From positions 160,001 to 224,000 of the forward strand of contig OY970160.1 in assembly GCA_963706445.1 (NCBI GenBank): DNA of 64,000 nucleotides, in the 5' to 3' direction. The position numbers and the translations under genes are program-made. The notes under the pieces are model-generated. The model made no database searches and had not been told where the DNA came from. It saw only the letters and a list, made by a program, of their open reading frames with translations. Shown here one piece after another: positions 33,819 through 43,766 of this stretch (position 1 is its first letter; every line of letters starts with the position of its first letter). Source of the DNA: an uncultured Nitrososphaerales archaeon (GTDB lineage: Archaea; Thermoproteota; Nitrososphaeria; Nitrososphaerales; Gagatemarchaeaceae).

Positions 33819-36664
33819 CGCCTGCGCAGCGCTTCCCTCTCCCCTTCGATTATCAGCTCGACGACATCGGTCCCCTCCTTCCTCATCTTCGCACCCAGCG
33901 CCGAAGCCTCGGCGAGTCTGACCCCTCTCCCAGCGAGTAGCATGTCGGCGCCATGACCGTATTCCTTTCTCAGCTCGGCGGTCTTCCTCAGGGCCTCCAC
34001 CTGCTTGAGCTTGGCCCCCCTGAGGTCTGCCCTGCTCCTAGCCTTCATCGCAAGAGAGAAGATGTTCTCGTACGAGTCCGTCGAGAGTCCCAGGGCCGGT
34101 TTTTCGCATATTGGGCACTTCTCGAGCCCTTCAAGGTCCCCGACCTTCCTCAGCTCCAGGAAGTTCCAACAGTTGGTGCACACTGCCACGAGAAAAGTGT
34201 CGTTAATCCTCGCCCTCGTCGACTGTTTTAGCAGGGCCCTCAGCCTCTCAGGCGAGACGATTTCCCCTCTCCTGCTGATTTCCTCAACCCCGATCCTCGC
34301 GATGGGGGTGAGCCCGTCGTACTCCACCAGCTTCACTTCGATCGCACCGGCGTTCATCTTCTCAACAACATCCGCGGCCGCCGCCAGGTCGAAGTCGTCA
34401 TGGAAGAGCATGCTCATGGCCTCCTCGTAGACCGGCGTGTCCCTCAGGGCCTCGATTATCCCCGCGATGGACACGCTCGCGTAGTCCGCGTCCTTTGCGA
34501 TTGCCCCGCACTTCTTCCCCGCATGGATCAGCCTGCGCTTGAATATCCCGCTCCTCTCGACTGCCTTCTCGGTCGCCACCTTCAGGTCAAGCTTGTGGAG
34601 TTCTTCGATTACCGAGAGGACCTGAGGGGGCGTCACGTCTGCCTCGATCACGATACGGTAGGGGTCCTGATGGACCGCCACCGACTGGCCGATCCTCTCC
34701 GAAATCATGTGGCCGACTACTCTCGCCAGGAGCCTGTTCACTCTGTGCCCGAACGCCGCCTGGATGACCACGTACCTGTCCCACTTCTCTATGGTGACAG
34801 TCCTCTCTGATGGTATCGGGAGTTTCGCTGCATGCTGCTCGGCCACCTCCTTCAGCGCATCCAGCATCGCGTCACGGGGGACGGGATAGGTCCTCACCAG
34901 TTCGTCCAGGTACTTCGCGTCGTTCCCCTTCTCCAGCTCCTCGGCGTACCTCCTCCTGATCATCCCGACCTCCGCCGCCACCTCCCGAGGGACCGGTATC
35001 TCGTCACCGACCCAGTTCGGGACCGCCCCGGTTGGGTCCTCCTCCGCCTTCACGTACACCTTGTTGCCGTAGATCTGCTCGACCTTCCAGCACCTGCCCG
35101 CTTCCACGAACTTCACCCCGACCTCTCCGTACTCTGACACAAACGCCTCGTCCAGGGTCCCGACGAAGTTGTCTCCTTCGATAACGAGATACTGCTTCTC
35201 GTCCGGGATCATCGAGAGATTCTCAAAGTAGTACGAGAATAGGGGCTTCACGTCCCTGGCCCTGAACACCTTCCCGTCCGACTCGCTGTAGTATGCGAGC
35301 CTCGGGTACCTCTCCCTCATGTAGGTGAGGGCCTTCTTCAGCCTCTCCGCCTCAAGGTCGGCGAAGGCGTAACTCCGCCTGAAGAGCGCCAGGATGTCCT
35401 CGAAATTCCAGCTGCTCTGCTCGATCAGCAGCCCGGAGATCTGGTGTATCGCCACGTCGTACGGGTTGAAGACCGGCTCCAGAGGCTCCAGCTCCCCCAT
35501 CACCGACTTCCTGCAGAGGACCGCTGCCTCGAGGATGTCGTCAGAATCCTGGGTGATTACCAGGCCCCTGGAGACCTCTCCGACCTTGTGGCCGCTGCGC
35601 CCGACCCTCTGGATCAGCCTCGTCACCTGGCGTGGGGAGTTGTACTGCACCACATACTCGAGGAACCCGATGTCTATGCCCAGCTCCAGGCTGCTGGTGC
35701 ATATCACACCCAGCAGCTTCCCTTCCTTCAGATTCCGCTCTACCGCTTCCCTCGTCGCCTTTGACAGGGAGCTGTGGTGGACCCCTATGGGGAAGTCGGG
35801 GTCCCAGACCCTGAACCTGCTTGAGAGGGCCTCTGCCTCCGTCCTGGTGTTGGTGAAAATTAGCACCGACCTGTACTTCTCGACGAGCTCCCTGATCGTC
35901 CTTAGACGAGCGGCCACCTCGGGGTAAGAGTAAATCGCGTCCGCGAGCACCTTGTCGTCCGCCGTGGGCCTGGGCGCCACCACCTTCAGGGACAGGCTCT
36001 TCTCCACGGGTACCCTGACCACCTCGCACTTCCTCCCGCTTCCCACGAGGAACTGGGCCACTCGCTCGGGGGAGCCAACAGTGGCGGAGAGCCCGATTAT
36101 CTGGAACTCCTTCTCGGCGACGTCCCTCAGCCTCTCAAGGCCGATGCTGAGCTGGGACCCCCTCTTGTCCTCGGAGAGCTCGTGGACTTCGTCGACTACC
36201 ACCCAGCGGAGCTTCTGCAGGTTCTGCCTGATCCGCCTCCCGACTAGGAGTATCTGAAGGGTCTCCGGGGTCGTAATCAGTATGTCCGGGGGCGCGAATG
36301 ACAGGTTCGTCCGCTCCGCCTGCGAGCTGTCGCCATGCCTGACCCCAAGCCTGATGTCGAAGCGCTTGCACCACCACTGCATCCTGTCCAGCATGTCTCT
36401 GTTGAGCGCCCTGAGCGGCGTGATGTAGAGGAGCTTCGTCCCCTTCTCCCTGGTCTCCCCTTCTCTGACCAGGGCGTCGAGTATGGGGAGGAGGGCTGCC
36501 TCCGTCTTCCCCGTCCCCGTCGGCGCCATCAGTAGGGCGTTCTTCCCCTCTCGCACGATTGGGACCAGTTTCTCCTGGGGGTCCGTGGGCGTGTCGAACC
36601 CTCTCTCTTTGAGGGCGGCCACCAGTGGCGGAGAGAGCAGCTGGAAGACATTCTGGCCTGACAA
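33797..36664 (-). CDS. lhr: Second Lhr-family SF2 helicase with C-terminal Zn finger
   Basis: APTGTGKT, DEVH, LSAT, SSLELGID, QRVGRSGH; CTNC…CPIC. Confidence 0.92.
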   Translation of the reverse strand: MSGQNVFQLLSPPLVAALKERGFDTPTDPQEKLVPIVREGKNALLMAPTGTGKTEAALLPILDALVREGETREKGTKLLYITPLRALNRDMLDRMQWWCKRFDIRLGVRHGDSSQAERTNLSFAPPDILITTPETLQILLVGRRIRQNLQKLRWVVVDEVHELSEDKRGSQLSIGLERLRDVAEKEFQIIGLSATVGSPERVAQFLVGSGRKCEVVRVPVEKSLSLKVVAPRPTADDKVLADAIYSYPEVAARLRTIRELVEKYRSVLIFTNTRTEAEALSSRFRVWDPDFPIGVHHSSLSKATREAVERNLKEGKLLGVICTSSLELGIDIGFLEYVVQYNSPRQVTRLIQRVGRSGHKVGEVSRGLVITQDSDDILEAAVLCRKSVMGELEPLEPVFNPYDVAIHQISGLLIEQSSWNFEDILALFRRSYAFADLEAERLKKALTYMRERYPRLAYYSESDGKVFRARDVKPLFSYYFENLSMIPDEKQYLVIEGDNFVGTLDEAFVSEYGEVGVKFVEAGRCWKVEQIYGNKVYVKAEEDPTGAVPNWVGDEIPVPREVAAEVGMIRRRYAEELEKGNDAKYLDELVRTYPVPRDAMLDALKEVAEQHAAKLPIPSERTVTIEKWDRYVVIQAAFGHRVNRLLARVVGHMISERIGQSVAVHQDPYRIVIEADVTPPQVLSVIEELHKLDLKVATEKAVERSGIFKRRLIHAGKKCGAIAKDADYASVSIAGIIEALRDTPVYEEAMSMLFHDDFDLAAAADVVEKMNAGAIEVKLVEYDGLTPIARIGVEEISRRGEIVSPERLRALLKQSTRARINDTFLVAVCTNCWNFLELRKVGDLEGLEKCPICEKPALGLSTDSYENIFSLAMKARSRADLRGAKLKQVEALRKTAELRKEYGHGADMLLAGRGVRLAEASALGAKMRKEGTDVVELIIEGEREALRRRYFFAAS

Positions 36665-36821
36665 TCTTACTCAGTTCCCTCTCCCAAATGGCACCATGGA
36701 CCGCAAGAAGAATCGAAACCCCCTTCGCACCTCCAATAAGTTTGCGGTGTTTCACAGGGGGCCCGGGACTGCCCTCTTGAAACTGTTTCAGTTCAGTGGC
36801 CATCGGCTTAAATATCGGAGT

Positions 36822-36835
36822 ATAACATACGTTAT
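36822..36835. promoter_or_regulatory. Palindrome downstream of TATA (candidate operator)
   Basis: ATAAC-ATAC-GTTAT after TTAAATA, just before the HTH regulator start. Confidence 0.4.
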
Positions 36836-36844
36836 TGTCGACAG

Positions 36845-37279
36845 ATGTCACGCCTGATAAGCCCCTATGAGATAGTCGCCAATTCGGCCCTCCCGGCCCT
36901 CCGCGCCATGGTAGCCCGCAGGCTGAAGGATGACTTCCACATGACGCAGTCCCAGGTTGCACGAAGGCTCGGAGTGACCCAGGCGACGGTTAGCAACTAT
37001 GCCCGCAAGACAAGGGGGATGATGGTCAACCTAGAGGCGGACAACACAGTTGCCAAGGCTGCCGACAGGATCGCGCAGGAACTTTCGTCCAAGGACCCTG
37101 ACAACAGGGAAGCGCTGAAGTCCATGACCGAGGTCCTCGACTACATCCGCTTCAACAAGTTGATGTGCGCCCTCCACGGTGACCTGGAACCTGGTTTCCA
37201 GACAGAGGGGTGCTACGCCTGCGAGGGCACCTTCTCCACAAAGGATTTTGATAAGCTGAAAGTGATAGTCGGCAGCTGA
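36845..37279 (+). CDS. Archaeal HTH transcriptional regulator (COG2522-like)
   Basis: LPALRAMVA, TQSQVARRLGVTQATVSNY, C-terminal CALH…CYAC. Confidence 0.82.
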   Translation: MSRLISPYEIVANSALPALRAMVARRLKDDFHMTQSQVARRLGVTQATVSNYARKTRGMMVNLEADNTVAKAADRIAQELSSKDPDNREALKSMTEVLDYIRFNKLMCALHGDLEPGFQTEGCYACEGTFSTKDFDKLKVIVGS

Positions 37280-37281
37280 TC

Positions 37282-38208
37282 TTGCTAGCCGAGCCCAAGC
37301 CCACGTGGCTCACCGTGAAGCCTCCACACGGGGAGAACTACCAGGACCTCAAGGCCCTTTTCGCCAACTTGAACCTCCACACCGTCTGCGAAGAGGCCCA
37401 CTGTCCCAACGTCCACGAGTGCTGGGGGGGTGGGACGGCCACCCTCATGCTCATGGGGGACGTCTGCTCCCGCGCCTGCCGCTTCTGCATGGTGACCCCG
37501 GGGAAGCCCCAGGGGGTCCTGGACGAGCTCGAGCCGGAGAACGTCTCCTTCGCCCTTTCCCAGATGGGGCTCACCTACGTGGTCCTGACGTCTGTGGACC
37601 GGGACGACCTCCCCGACGGGGGCGCATCTCACTTCGCGAGGACGATCAAGCTCGTCAAAGAGAAGAACCCCGGGATCCTAGTCGAGGTCCTCATCCCTGA
37701 CTTCCAGGGGGACCTTGAGGACCTGAGGAAAGTCGTCGAAGCCAGGCCCGACGTCATAGCGCACAACATCGAGACGACCATGTCCCTCACCCGCGGGGTC
37801 AGGGACCCCAGGGCTGACTACTGGCAGTCCCTCTCGGTGCTGAGGAACGTGAAGAAACTGAGCAGCCACATCTACACGAAGTCCTCGATGATGGTCGGAC
37901 TCGGCGAAACAGAGGAAGAGGTCTCGCAGGCGATGGCACACCTGCGACGGGCCGACGTCGACTTCCTGACCGTAGGCCAGTACCTGAGGCCCTCCCAGAG
38001 GCACCTGAAGGTAGTGGAGTATGTGAAGCCTGAGCAGTTCGAACGCTACAAATCCATAGGCGAAGCGATGGGGTTCAGATATGTCGCATCGGGTCCCCTC
38101 GTCAGGAGCAGCTACCGGGCCGGGGAATTCTTCATCAGGACGGCCATCGAAAATGACACAACGCGGCACCAATCTTATATGACCGCGAAAGCGGAAACCG
38201 ACGCTTGA
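37282..38208 (+). CDS. lipA: Lipoyl synthase
   Basis: CEEAHCPNVHEC, CSRACRFC, RSSY. Confidence 0.96.
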   Translation: MLAEPKPTWLTVKPPHGENYQDLKALFANLNLHTVCEEAHCPNVHECWGGGTATLMLMGDVCSRACRFCMVTPGKPQGVLDELEPENVSFALSQMGLTYVVLTSVDRDDLPDGGASHFARTIKLVKEKNPGILVEVLIPDFQGDLEDLRKVVEARPDVIAHNIETTMSLTRGVRDPRADYWQSLSVLRNVKKLSSHIYTKSSMMVGLGETEEEVSQAMAHLRRADVDFLTVGQYLRPSQRHLKVVEYVKPEQFERYKSIGEAMGFRYVASGPLVRSSYRAGEFFIRTAIENDTTRHQSYMTAKAETDA

Positions 38209-40355
38209 CCGAAGAGGACTTCATGAAGGGGTCCGGGTCAGACGCGGTCCCACGGATCTTCAGCGAGAACGACTTCAAGTTCACTAAACCCGACGAGTTC
38301 CTGTTTCAGCGTCTGACTCCAGACGGGACCCTGAAGGGGAAGGACCCCAACCTTTCCCCAGAGACCCTCAGACGGCTCTATGAGGAGTTGATATTCGGGA
38401 GGCTGTTCGACGAGAAGTCAACCAATCTCTCGACCCTCAGGGAGATCGGGACCTATGCCCCTGGCAAGGGACAGGAAGCGTGCCAGATTGGCCCCGTCAA
38501 TGCCCTGGAGAAGGGGGACTGGTACGTCCCCATGTACAGAGACTCCGCCGGGATGCTCGCCTTCGGACTCCCCGCCCTGAAGCTCCTGCTTTACTGGGGA
38601 GGGGACGAAAGAGGGATGCAGATACCAGAAGACATCAACATGCTTCCTCTGGCGGTGCCGGTTGCGACACAACTCCCTCACGCGGCCGGGCTCGCCATGG
38701 CCAAGCGGATACGTGGAGAGAAGGCCGTGACGTATGTCGTCACCGGAGACGGTGGTACTTCTAAGGCCGACTTCCACGAAGCGCTGAATTTTGCCGGGGT
38801 TTACGACCTTCCTGTGGTCTTCGGGGTCGAGAACAACCAGTGGGCGCTTTCTGTGAAGAGGAAGGCCCAGACCGCCTCCAAGACGATAGCTCAGAAGGCA
38901 GTCGCCTACGGGTTCGAAGGGATCCTCGTCGACGGGAACGACGTCATCGCTTCCTATGAGGCCACCAAGTACGCCGTAGACAAGGCGAGGAGAGGCGGGG
39001 GCCCCACTCTGATCGAATACTCGACATACAGGCTGGGCCCGCACACCACCGCCGAGCTCGTCTCCAACAAGCTGAAGGCCCCCGACGAAATAGCCGAATG
39101 GGAGAAGAAGAGCCCCATAGTCAGGTTAGAGAAGTACCTCCGCTCTCGCGGTCTGCTAGACGACAGGTCGAAGGAGGCCGTGGCAGAAGCAGCCCAGGCT
39201 CGGATGACCGACGCGATCGCAGCCTACCGTTCAACGCCTCCTCCTGCTCCTACGTCCATCTTCGACTACACGTATTCCTCCCTCACTCCGAACCTTATCG
39301 CCGAGCGCGCCGAATACTACGGGGTGCCGGCCCCGCCTCGGGCCGAAGCTCCCGAGCCGATGGTAGCTGGGGGGAAGCCCGGTGTGAACATCAGGAACGC
39401 AGTCAACATGGGCCTCCGAGAGGGCATGAAGCGGGACAGCAACGTCGTCATCTACGGGGAGGACGTCGGCGCGAACGGAGGGGTATTCCAGGTAACCAGG
39501 GGGCTCCTCGACGAGTTCGGGCCGGAGCGGGTCTTCGACACCCCGCTCGCAGAGCTGAGCATCGCGGGCATCTTCGTGGGTCTCTCTATCGGCGGGCTCG
39601 TCCCAGTCGCGGAGTTCCAATTCGACAACTTCTCCCTCCCTGCCTTCGACCAGATCTTCAGCCATATCGCACGCATGAGGAACAGGACGCGAGGCAGGTT
39701 CGCCCCCAGGGGGGTCATCCGCTTCCCCTACGGGGCGGGCATAAGGCCCCCCGAGCTGCACTCCGAGTCTCCGGAGGCGTATTTCGCGCACACGCCGGGC
39801 CTCAAGGTCGTCATCCCTTCGACCCCCTATGACGCAAAGGGGCTCCTGGCGTCGGCCCTGACGGAGCCCGACCCCATCGTGTTCATGGAGCCGAAGAAGC
39901 TCTACGACTCCCCCAAGATGGAGGTCCCCGAGGTGGAGTACCGCATCCCCATCGGCAAGGCGAAGGTCGTCAGGGAGGGGACCGACGTGACCCTCGTCTC
40001 CTACGGTTCTATGATGGTCCCGACGACCCTGGCGGCCGAAGCCCTCCAGGCCGAACGGTCCGTCTCTGCGGAGGTGGTCGACCTGCGCACCGTGTCTCCC
40101 ATCGACTTCGACACGGTGCTCGGCTCGGTCCAGAAGACCGGAAGGCTCGTAGTGATTCATGAAGCTCCAAGGAACGTCGGAATCGGAGCCGAAGTGGCTG
40201 CGACCGTCGCCGAGAGGGGACTTGACTACCTGAAGGCGCCTATCAAGAGGGTGACAGGCTTCGACATCCCCATCCCGCTGGCGAGGCTGGAAGACAACTA
40301 CATCCCAAGCAAGGAGAGGGTCATGAAGGCCGCACTTGAGACCGTAAGCTACTGA
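38205..40355 (+). CDS. 2-oxoacid (pyruvate/branched-chain) dehydrogenase E1, alpha-beta fusion
   Basis: GDGGTS…ENN TPP motif, then GEDVG…GGVF, DTPLAE, HSESPE beta motifs in one frame. Confidence 0.92.
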   Translation: MTEEDFMKGSGSDAVPRIFSENDFKFTKPDEFLFQRLTPDGTLKGKDPNLSPETLRRLYEELIFGRLFDEKSTNLSTLREIGTYAPGKGQEACQIGPVNALEKGDWYVPMYRDSAGMLAFGLPALKLLLYWGGDERGMQIPEDINMLPLAVPVATQLPHAAGLAMAKRIRGEKAVTYVVTGDGGTSKADFHEALNFAGVYDLPVVFGVENNQWALSVKRKAQTASKTIAQKAVAYGFEGILVDGNDVIASYEATKYAVDKARRGGGPTLIEYSTYRLGPHTTAELVSNKLKAPDEIAEWEKKSPIVRLEKYLRSRGLLDDRSKEAVAEAAQARMTDAIAAYRSTPPPAPTSIFDYTYSSLTPNLIAERAEYYGVPAPPRAEAPEPMVAGGKPGVNIRNAVNMGLREGMKRDSNVVIYGEDVGANGGVFQVTRGLLDEFGPERVFDTPLAELSIAGIFVGLSIGGLVPVAEFQFDNFSLPAFDQIFSHIARMRNRTRGRFAPRGVIRFPYGAGIRPPELHSESPEAYFAHTPGLKVVIPSTPYDAKGLLASALTEPDPIVFMEPKKLYDSPKMEVPEVEYRIPIGKAKVVREGTDVTLVSYGSMMVPTTLAAEALQAERSVSAEVVDLRTVSPIDFDTVLGSVQKTGRLVVIHEAPRNVGIGAEVAATVAERGLDYLKAPIKRVTGFDIPIPLARLEDNYIPSKERVMKAALETVSY

Positions 40356-40408
40356 CAGAGTAGCTTCGCCTCATGCAGAGTTTTTAACCTCCCGTCAGAT
40401 CGCTCAAA

Positions 40409-41635
40409 TTGACAATGGAGTTCAAGCTGCCGGATCTCGGAGAGGGAATCACCGAGGGGGAGATCCTGAAGTGGATGACGAAGGAGGGGGACCAGGTCAA
40501 GGAAGATCAGCCGATAGTCGAAGTGATGACCGACAAGGTCAACGTCCAAATCCCATCTCCGAGGAGCGGCAGGGTCACCAAGATTCTCGTGAAAGAGGGA
40601 GACGTTGCCAAGGTCGGACAGACGATTCTTGTAATTGACGACGGAAGCGGCGCTGGTTCATCTCAGTCTCCCGCACCCGCCGCGCCTGGACCTGCCCCAT
40701 CGGTAGCCATGGCACCGGCCCCCCAGGTGCAGTCATCTGGCCCATCTTCGGGGGTCCTTGCCACACCTGCCACCCGGAGGATGGCAAGAGAGCTCGGCGT
40801 TGACATCGGAAAGGTCACTGGCTCTGGACCCCAGGGGAGGGTCACCGACGACGACGTCAGGCGTTCGGTCTCCAGTCGGGGCACGACCACTGTGACAGTT
40901 CAGCCCGCTCAGCCTTCACAGAAGGCGGGGCCAAGAGAGGAAGTTGTCCCTCTGAGGGGACTCAGGAGGACCATAGCGGAGAGGATGACGAAGTCGCTTA
41001 GGACGACCGCCCAGGTCACCCACGTGGACGAAGCAGACATGACGGAGCTCGTCCTCCTCCGCGAGGCGTTCAAGGGGAGCGCTGAGAAGAGAGGTGTCCA
41101 CCTGACATACCTCCCGTTCATAATCAAAGCCCTCGTCCCCGCTCTGAAGGAGTTCCCCTACGTCAATGCGTCCCTCGACGAGCAGGCGTCCAACATTATC
41201 CTGAAGAAATACTACAACATAGGGATTGCGACGGACACCGAGCAGGGCCTCGTAGTCCCCGTAGTGAAAGACGTCGACAGGAAGGACATGTTCGAGCTTG
41301 CCGGAGAAATCGAGAACCTCTCACAGAAGGCGAGGAGCGGCCAGCTGACCCTCGAGGATGTCCACGGGTCGACATTCACCATCACTAACGTCGGGGCCCT
41401 CGGCGGGCTCTTTGCCACACCGATAATCAACATCCCAGAAGCGGCGATACTCGGGCTCCACAAGATCGCCAAGCGCCCAGTCGTCCGCGACGGGAAGGTC
41501 GAAATCAGAGACACCACATATCTTTCGCTCTCGTTCGACCACCGTGTCTTCGACGGAGCCTATGCCGCCAGGTTCACATCGAGGGTGATAGAGACGATTC
41601 AGGACACGAAGAAGCTCCTGGCCGAAGTCCTCTAG
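40409..41635 (+). CDS. pdhC: Dihydrolipoamide acyltransferase E2
   Basis: Lipoyl domain TDKV, E3-binding GSGPQGRV, DHRVFDG. Confidence 0.93.
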   Translation: MTMEFKLPDLGEGITEGEILKWMTKEGDQVKEDQPIVEVMTDKVNVQIPSPRSGRVTKILVKEGDVAKVGQTILVIDDGSGAGSSQSPAPAAPGPAPSVAMAPAPQVQSSGPSSGVLATPATRRMARELGVDIGKVTGSGPQGRVTDDDVRRSVSSRGTTTVTVQPAQPSQKAGPREEVVPLRGLRRTIAERMTKSLRTTAQVTHVDEADMTELVLLREAFKGSAEKRGVHLTYLPFIIKALVPALKEFPYVNASLDEQASNIILKKYYNIGIATDTEQGLVVPVVKDVDRKDMFELAGEIENLSQKARSGQLTLEDVHGSTFTITNVGALGGLFATPIINIPEAAILGLHKIAKRPVVRDGKVEIRDTTYLSLSFDHRVFDGAYAARFTSRVIETIQDTKKLLAEVL

Positions 41636-41695
41636 TCCTCGTTTATTCTCAGCAAGGTTTAAGCCGATAAGACCTCGCGAAACCCAAGGAATCAG

Positions 41696-43093
41696 TTGAT
41701 CGAAGCAGACGTCGCGATAATCGGGGGCGGCCCCGGCGGATATGTCTGCGGAATCAGGGCGGCCCAGCTCGGCCTGAAGACGGTGGTCATCGAATCCGAC
41801 CGGCTCGGTGGGGAGTGCGTGAACTACGGCTGCATCCCGTCGAAGTCCCTCATCACTGTCGCCAAGCTCGTCGACAAGGTGAAGGAGGCTGAGAAGTACG
41901 GGGTGAGGACATCGGGGGTCTCTGTCGATTTCGTCCAGCTGCAGAAGTGGAAGTCCGAAGTTGTGTCCAGGCTGGTAGGCGGCATCGAACTCCTCCTGCG
42001 CGGATACCACGCGACCGTCCTCCACGGTGAAGCGGAGGTCGTCGACAAGAACAGGGTGGTCGTCACAACCTCGCAGGGGAAAGAGGAGGTGTCCTGCAAG
42101 AACCTCGTCCTCGCCACAGGAACCAGGACCTCCAGCCTTCCTGGACTCGAATTCGACGGGGACATGGTCATCGGCTCAAAAGAGGGGCTTGAGCTGAAGG
42201 CGGCCCCCAACCGCGTCCTGATCGTCGGCGGAGGCGCCATCGGGCTTGAATTCGCTTCCATGCTCCAGAAGCTGGGGAGCAGCGTCACCGTCGTGGAGAT
42301 AATGGACCAGCTGCTTCCGGGGAGCGACCCAGAGGTTGTCCGGGTGGTCCACAGGAAGCTTGAGGGAAAGGGAGCAAAGGTCTTCGTTAAGTCGAAGGTA
42401 GCAAGGATCGACAAGAAGAGCTCCGAAGTTGAGGTGGAGATCGAAACCCCTGACGGAAAGCAGACGATGGCTTTCGACAAGGTCCTCGTCAGCGTCGGGC
42501 GCAAGCCCCGGACAGAGAAGCTGAACCTGGCAAAGATCGGGGTCCAGATCGACACGAGGGGGTATATCACCACCGACAACCGCATGCAGACCAACGTCCA
42601 GGGGGTCTACGCCATAGGCGACGTCAAGGGCCCGCCCCTCCTGGCGCACAAAGCCTCGAAAGAAGGGATCGTGGCCGCCGAGTGCATCGCCGGGCTCCCT
42701 TCGGCCGCAGACTGGAAGGTGGTCCCAGACGCCGTCTTCTGCGACCCCGAGGTCGCCAGCGTGGGGCTCACCGAGGCGAAGGCAATGGAGGCGGGGTATG
42801 CTGTCAAGCGGAGCAGGTTCCAATTCGCCGCCCTGGGGAGGGCCTTGACGGCTGGGGAACCTGAAGGGTTCGTGAAGATAGTCTCCGACGAAAAGGACGG
42901 CCTTGTCCTCGGGGTCCAGATAGTGGGGCCGGAGGCTTCAGATCTTATCAGTGAGGTCGCACTCGCAATAGAGATGGGAGCCACGGTCGAAGACATCGCC
43001 CTCACCGTCCACCCCCACCCGACGTTCCCGGAGGCGATAATGGAGGCGTCAGAATCCTCCTCCGGCAAGCCGATTCACCAGTTGAAGTCATGA
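41696..43093 (+). CDS. lpdA: Dihydrolipoamide dehydrogenase E3
   Basis: GGGPGGY, CVNYGCIPSK, HPHPTFPE. Confidence 0.96.
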   Translation: MIEADVAIIGGGPGGYVCGIRAAQLGLKTVVIESDRLGGECVNYGCIPSKSLITVAKLVDKVKEAEKYGVRTSGVSVDFVQLQKWKSEVVSRLVGGIELLLRGYHATVLHGEAEVVDKNRVVVTTSQGKEEVSCKNLVLATGTRTSSLPGLEFDGDMVIGSKEGLELKAAPNRVLIVGGGAIGLEFASMLQKLGSSVTVVEIMDQLLPGSDPEVVRVVHRKLEGKGAKVFVKSKVARIDKKSSEVEVEIETPDGKQTMAFDKVLVSVGRKPRTEKLNLAKIGVQIDTRGYITTDNRMQTNVQGVYAIGDVKGPPLLAHKASKEGIVAAECIAGLPSAADWKVVPDAVFCDPEVASVGLTEAKAMEAGYAVKRSRFQFAALGRALTAGEPEGFVKIVSDEKDGLVLGVQIVGPEASDLISEVALAIEMGATVEDIALTVHPHPTFPEAIMEASESSSGKPIHQLKS

Positions 43094-43728
43094 ACGGTTA
43101 CCTGGTGGACCTCGGGCGGATGGAGTACGGGGAAGCCCTCCAGCTCCAGAAGGAATTGGCATCGAAGAGAGCGAAAGGAGAGATCCCTGACACCCTGGTC
43201 CTCGTCGAACACCCCGACGTCATCACCCTTGGGAGGAAGACCTCCCCGGAGAACTTCAAACCCCAGGATATCCCTGTCTTCCAGGTCGAACGGGGCGGGG
43301 ACGCCACCTACCACGGTCCGGGGCAGCTCGTCGGTTACCCCATAATCCTGCTGACCGACCACGACGTCCGGCGCCATGTGAGGAACATAGAGGAGTCGCT
43401 CATCCGTACAGTAGGTCAATACGGGGTCGGGGGGGAGCGGGTGGAGGGCCACCCAGGTATCTGGGTCGGCGGCAGGAAGCTGGCGTCCATCGGGGTCGCG
43501 GTTACAGAATGGGTCACCTACCATGGATTCGCCCTCAACGTGAACACAGACCTTTCTCGCTTCGAGCTGATCCGCCCCTGCGGCCTAGACCCATCCACCA
43601 TGACCTCGATGCAGAGGATCAAGGGCAGACCCATGCCCTTCGACGACGTGAAGGCTACCTTCACCAGGGAGTACTCGGGGGTGACAGGCCTATCACTGAC
43701 CCACCAGAGGCTTGTCACCACCCCTTAG
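43090..43728 (+). CDS. lipB: Lipoyl(octanoyl) transferase
   Basis: RGGDATYHGPGQLVGYP, KLASIG, HGFALN, PCG. Confidence 0.94.
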   Translation: MNGYLVDLGRMEYGEALQLQKELASKRAKGEIPDTLVLVEHPDVITLGRKTSPENFKPQDIPVFQVERGGDATYHGPGQLVGYPIILLTDHDVRRHVRNIEESLIRTVGQYGVGGERVEGHPGIWVGGRKLASIGVAVTEWVTYHGFALNVNTDLSRFELIRPCGLDPSTMTSMQRIKGRPMPFDDVKATFTREYSGVTGLSLTHQRLVTTP

Positions 43729-43766
43729 GCGACAGACATTTAGCGCAGGTTCGGTCGGGACTGCTC

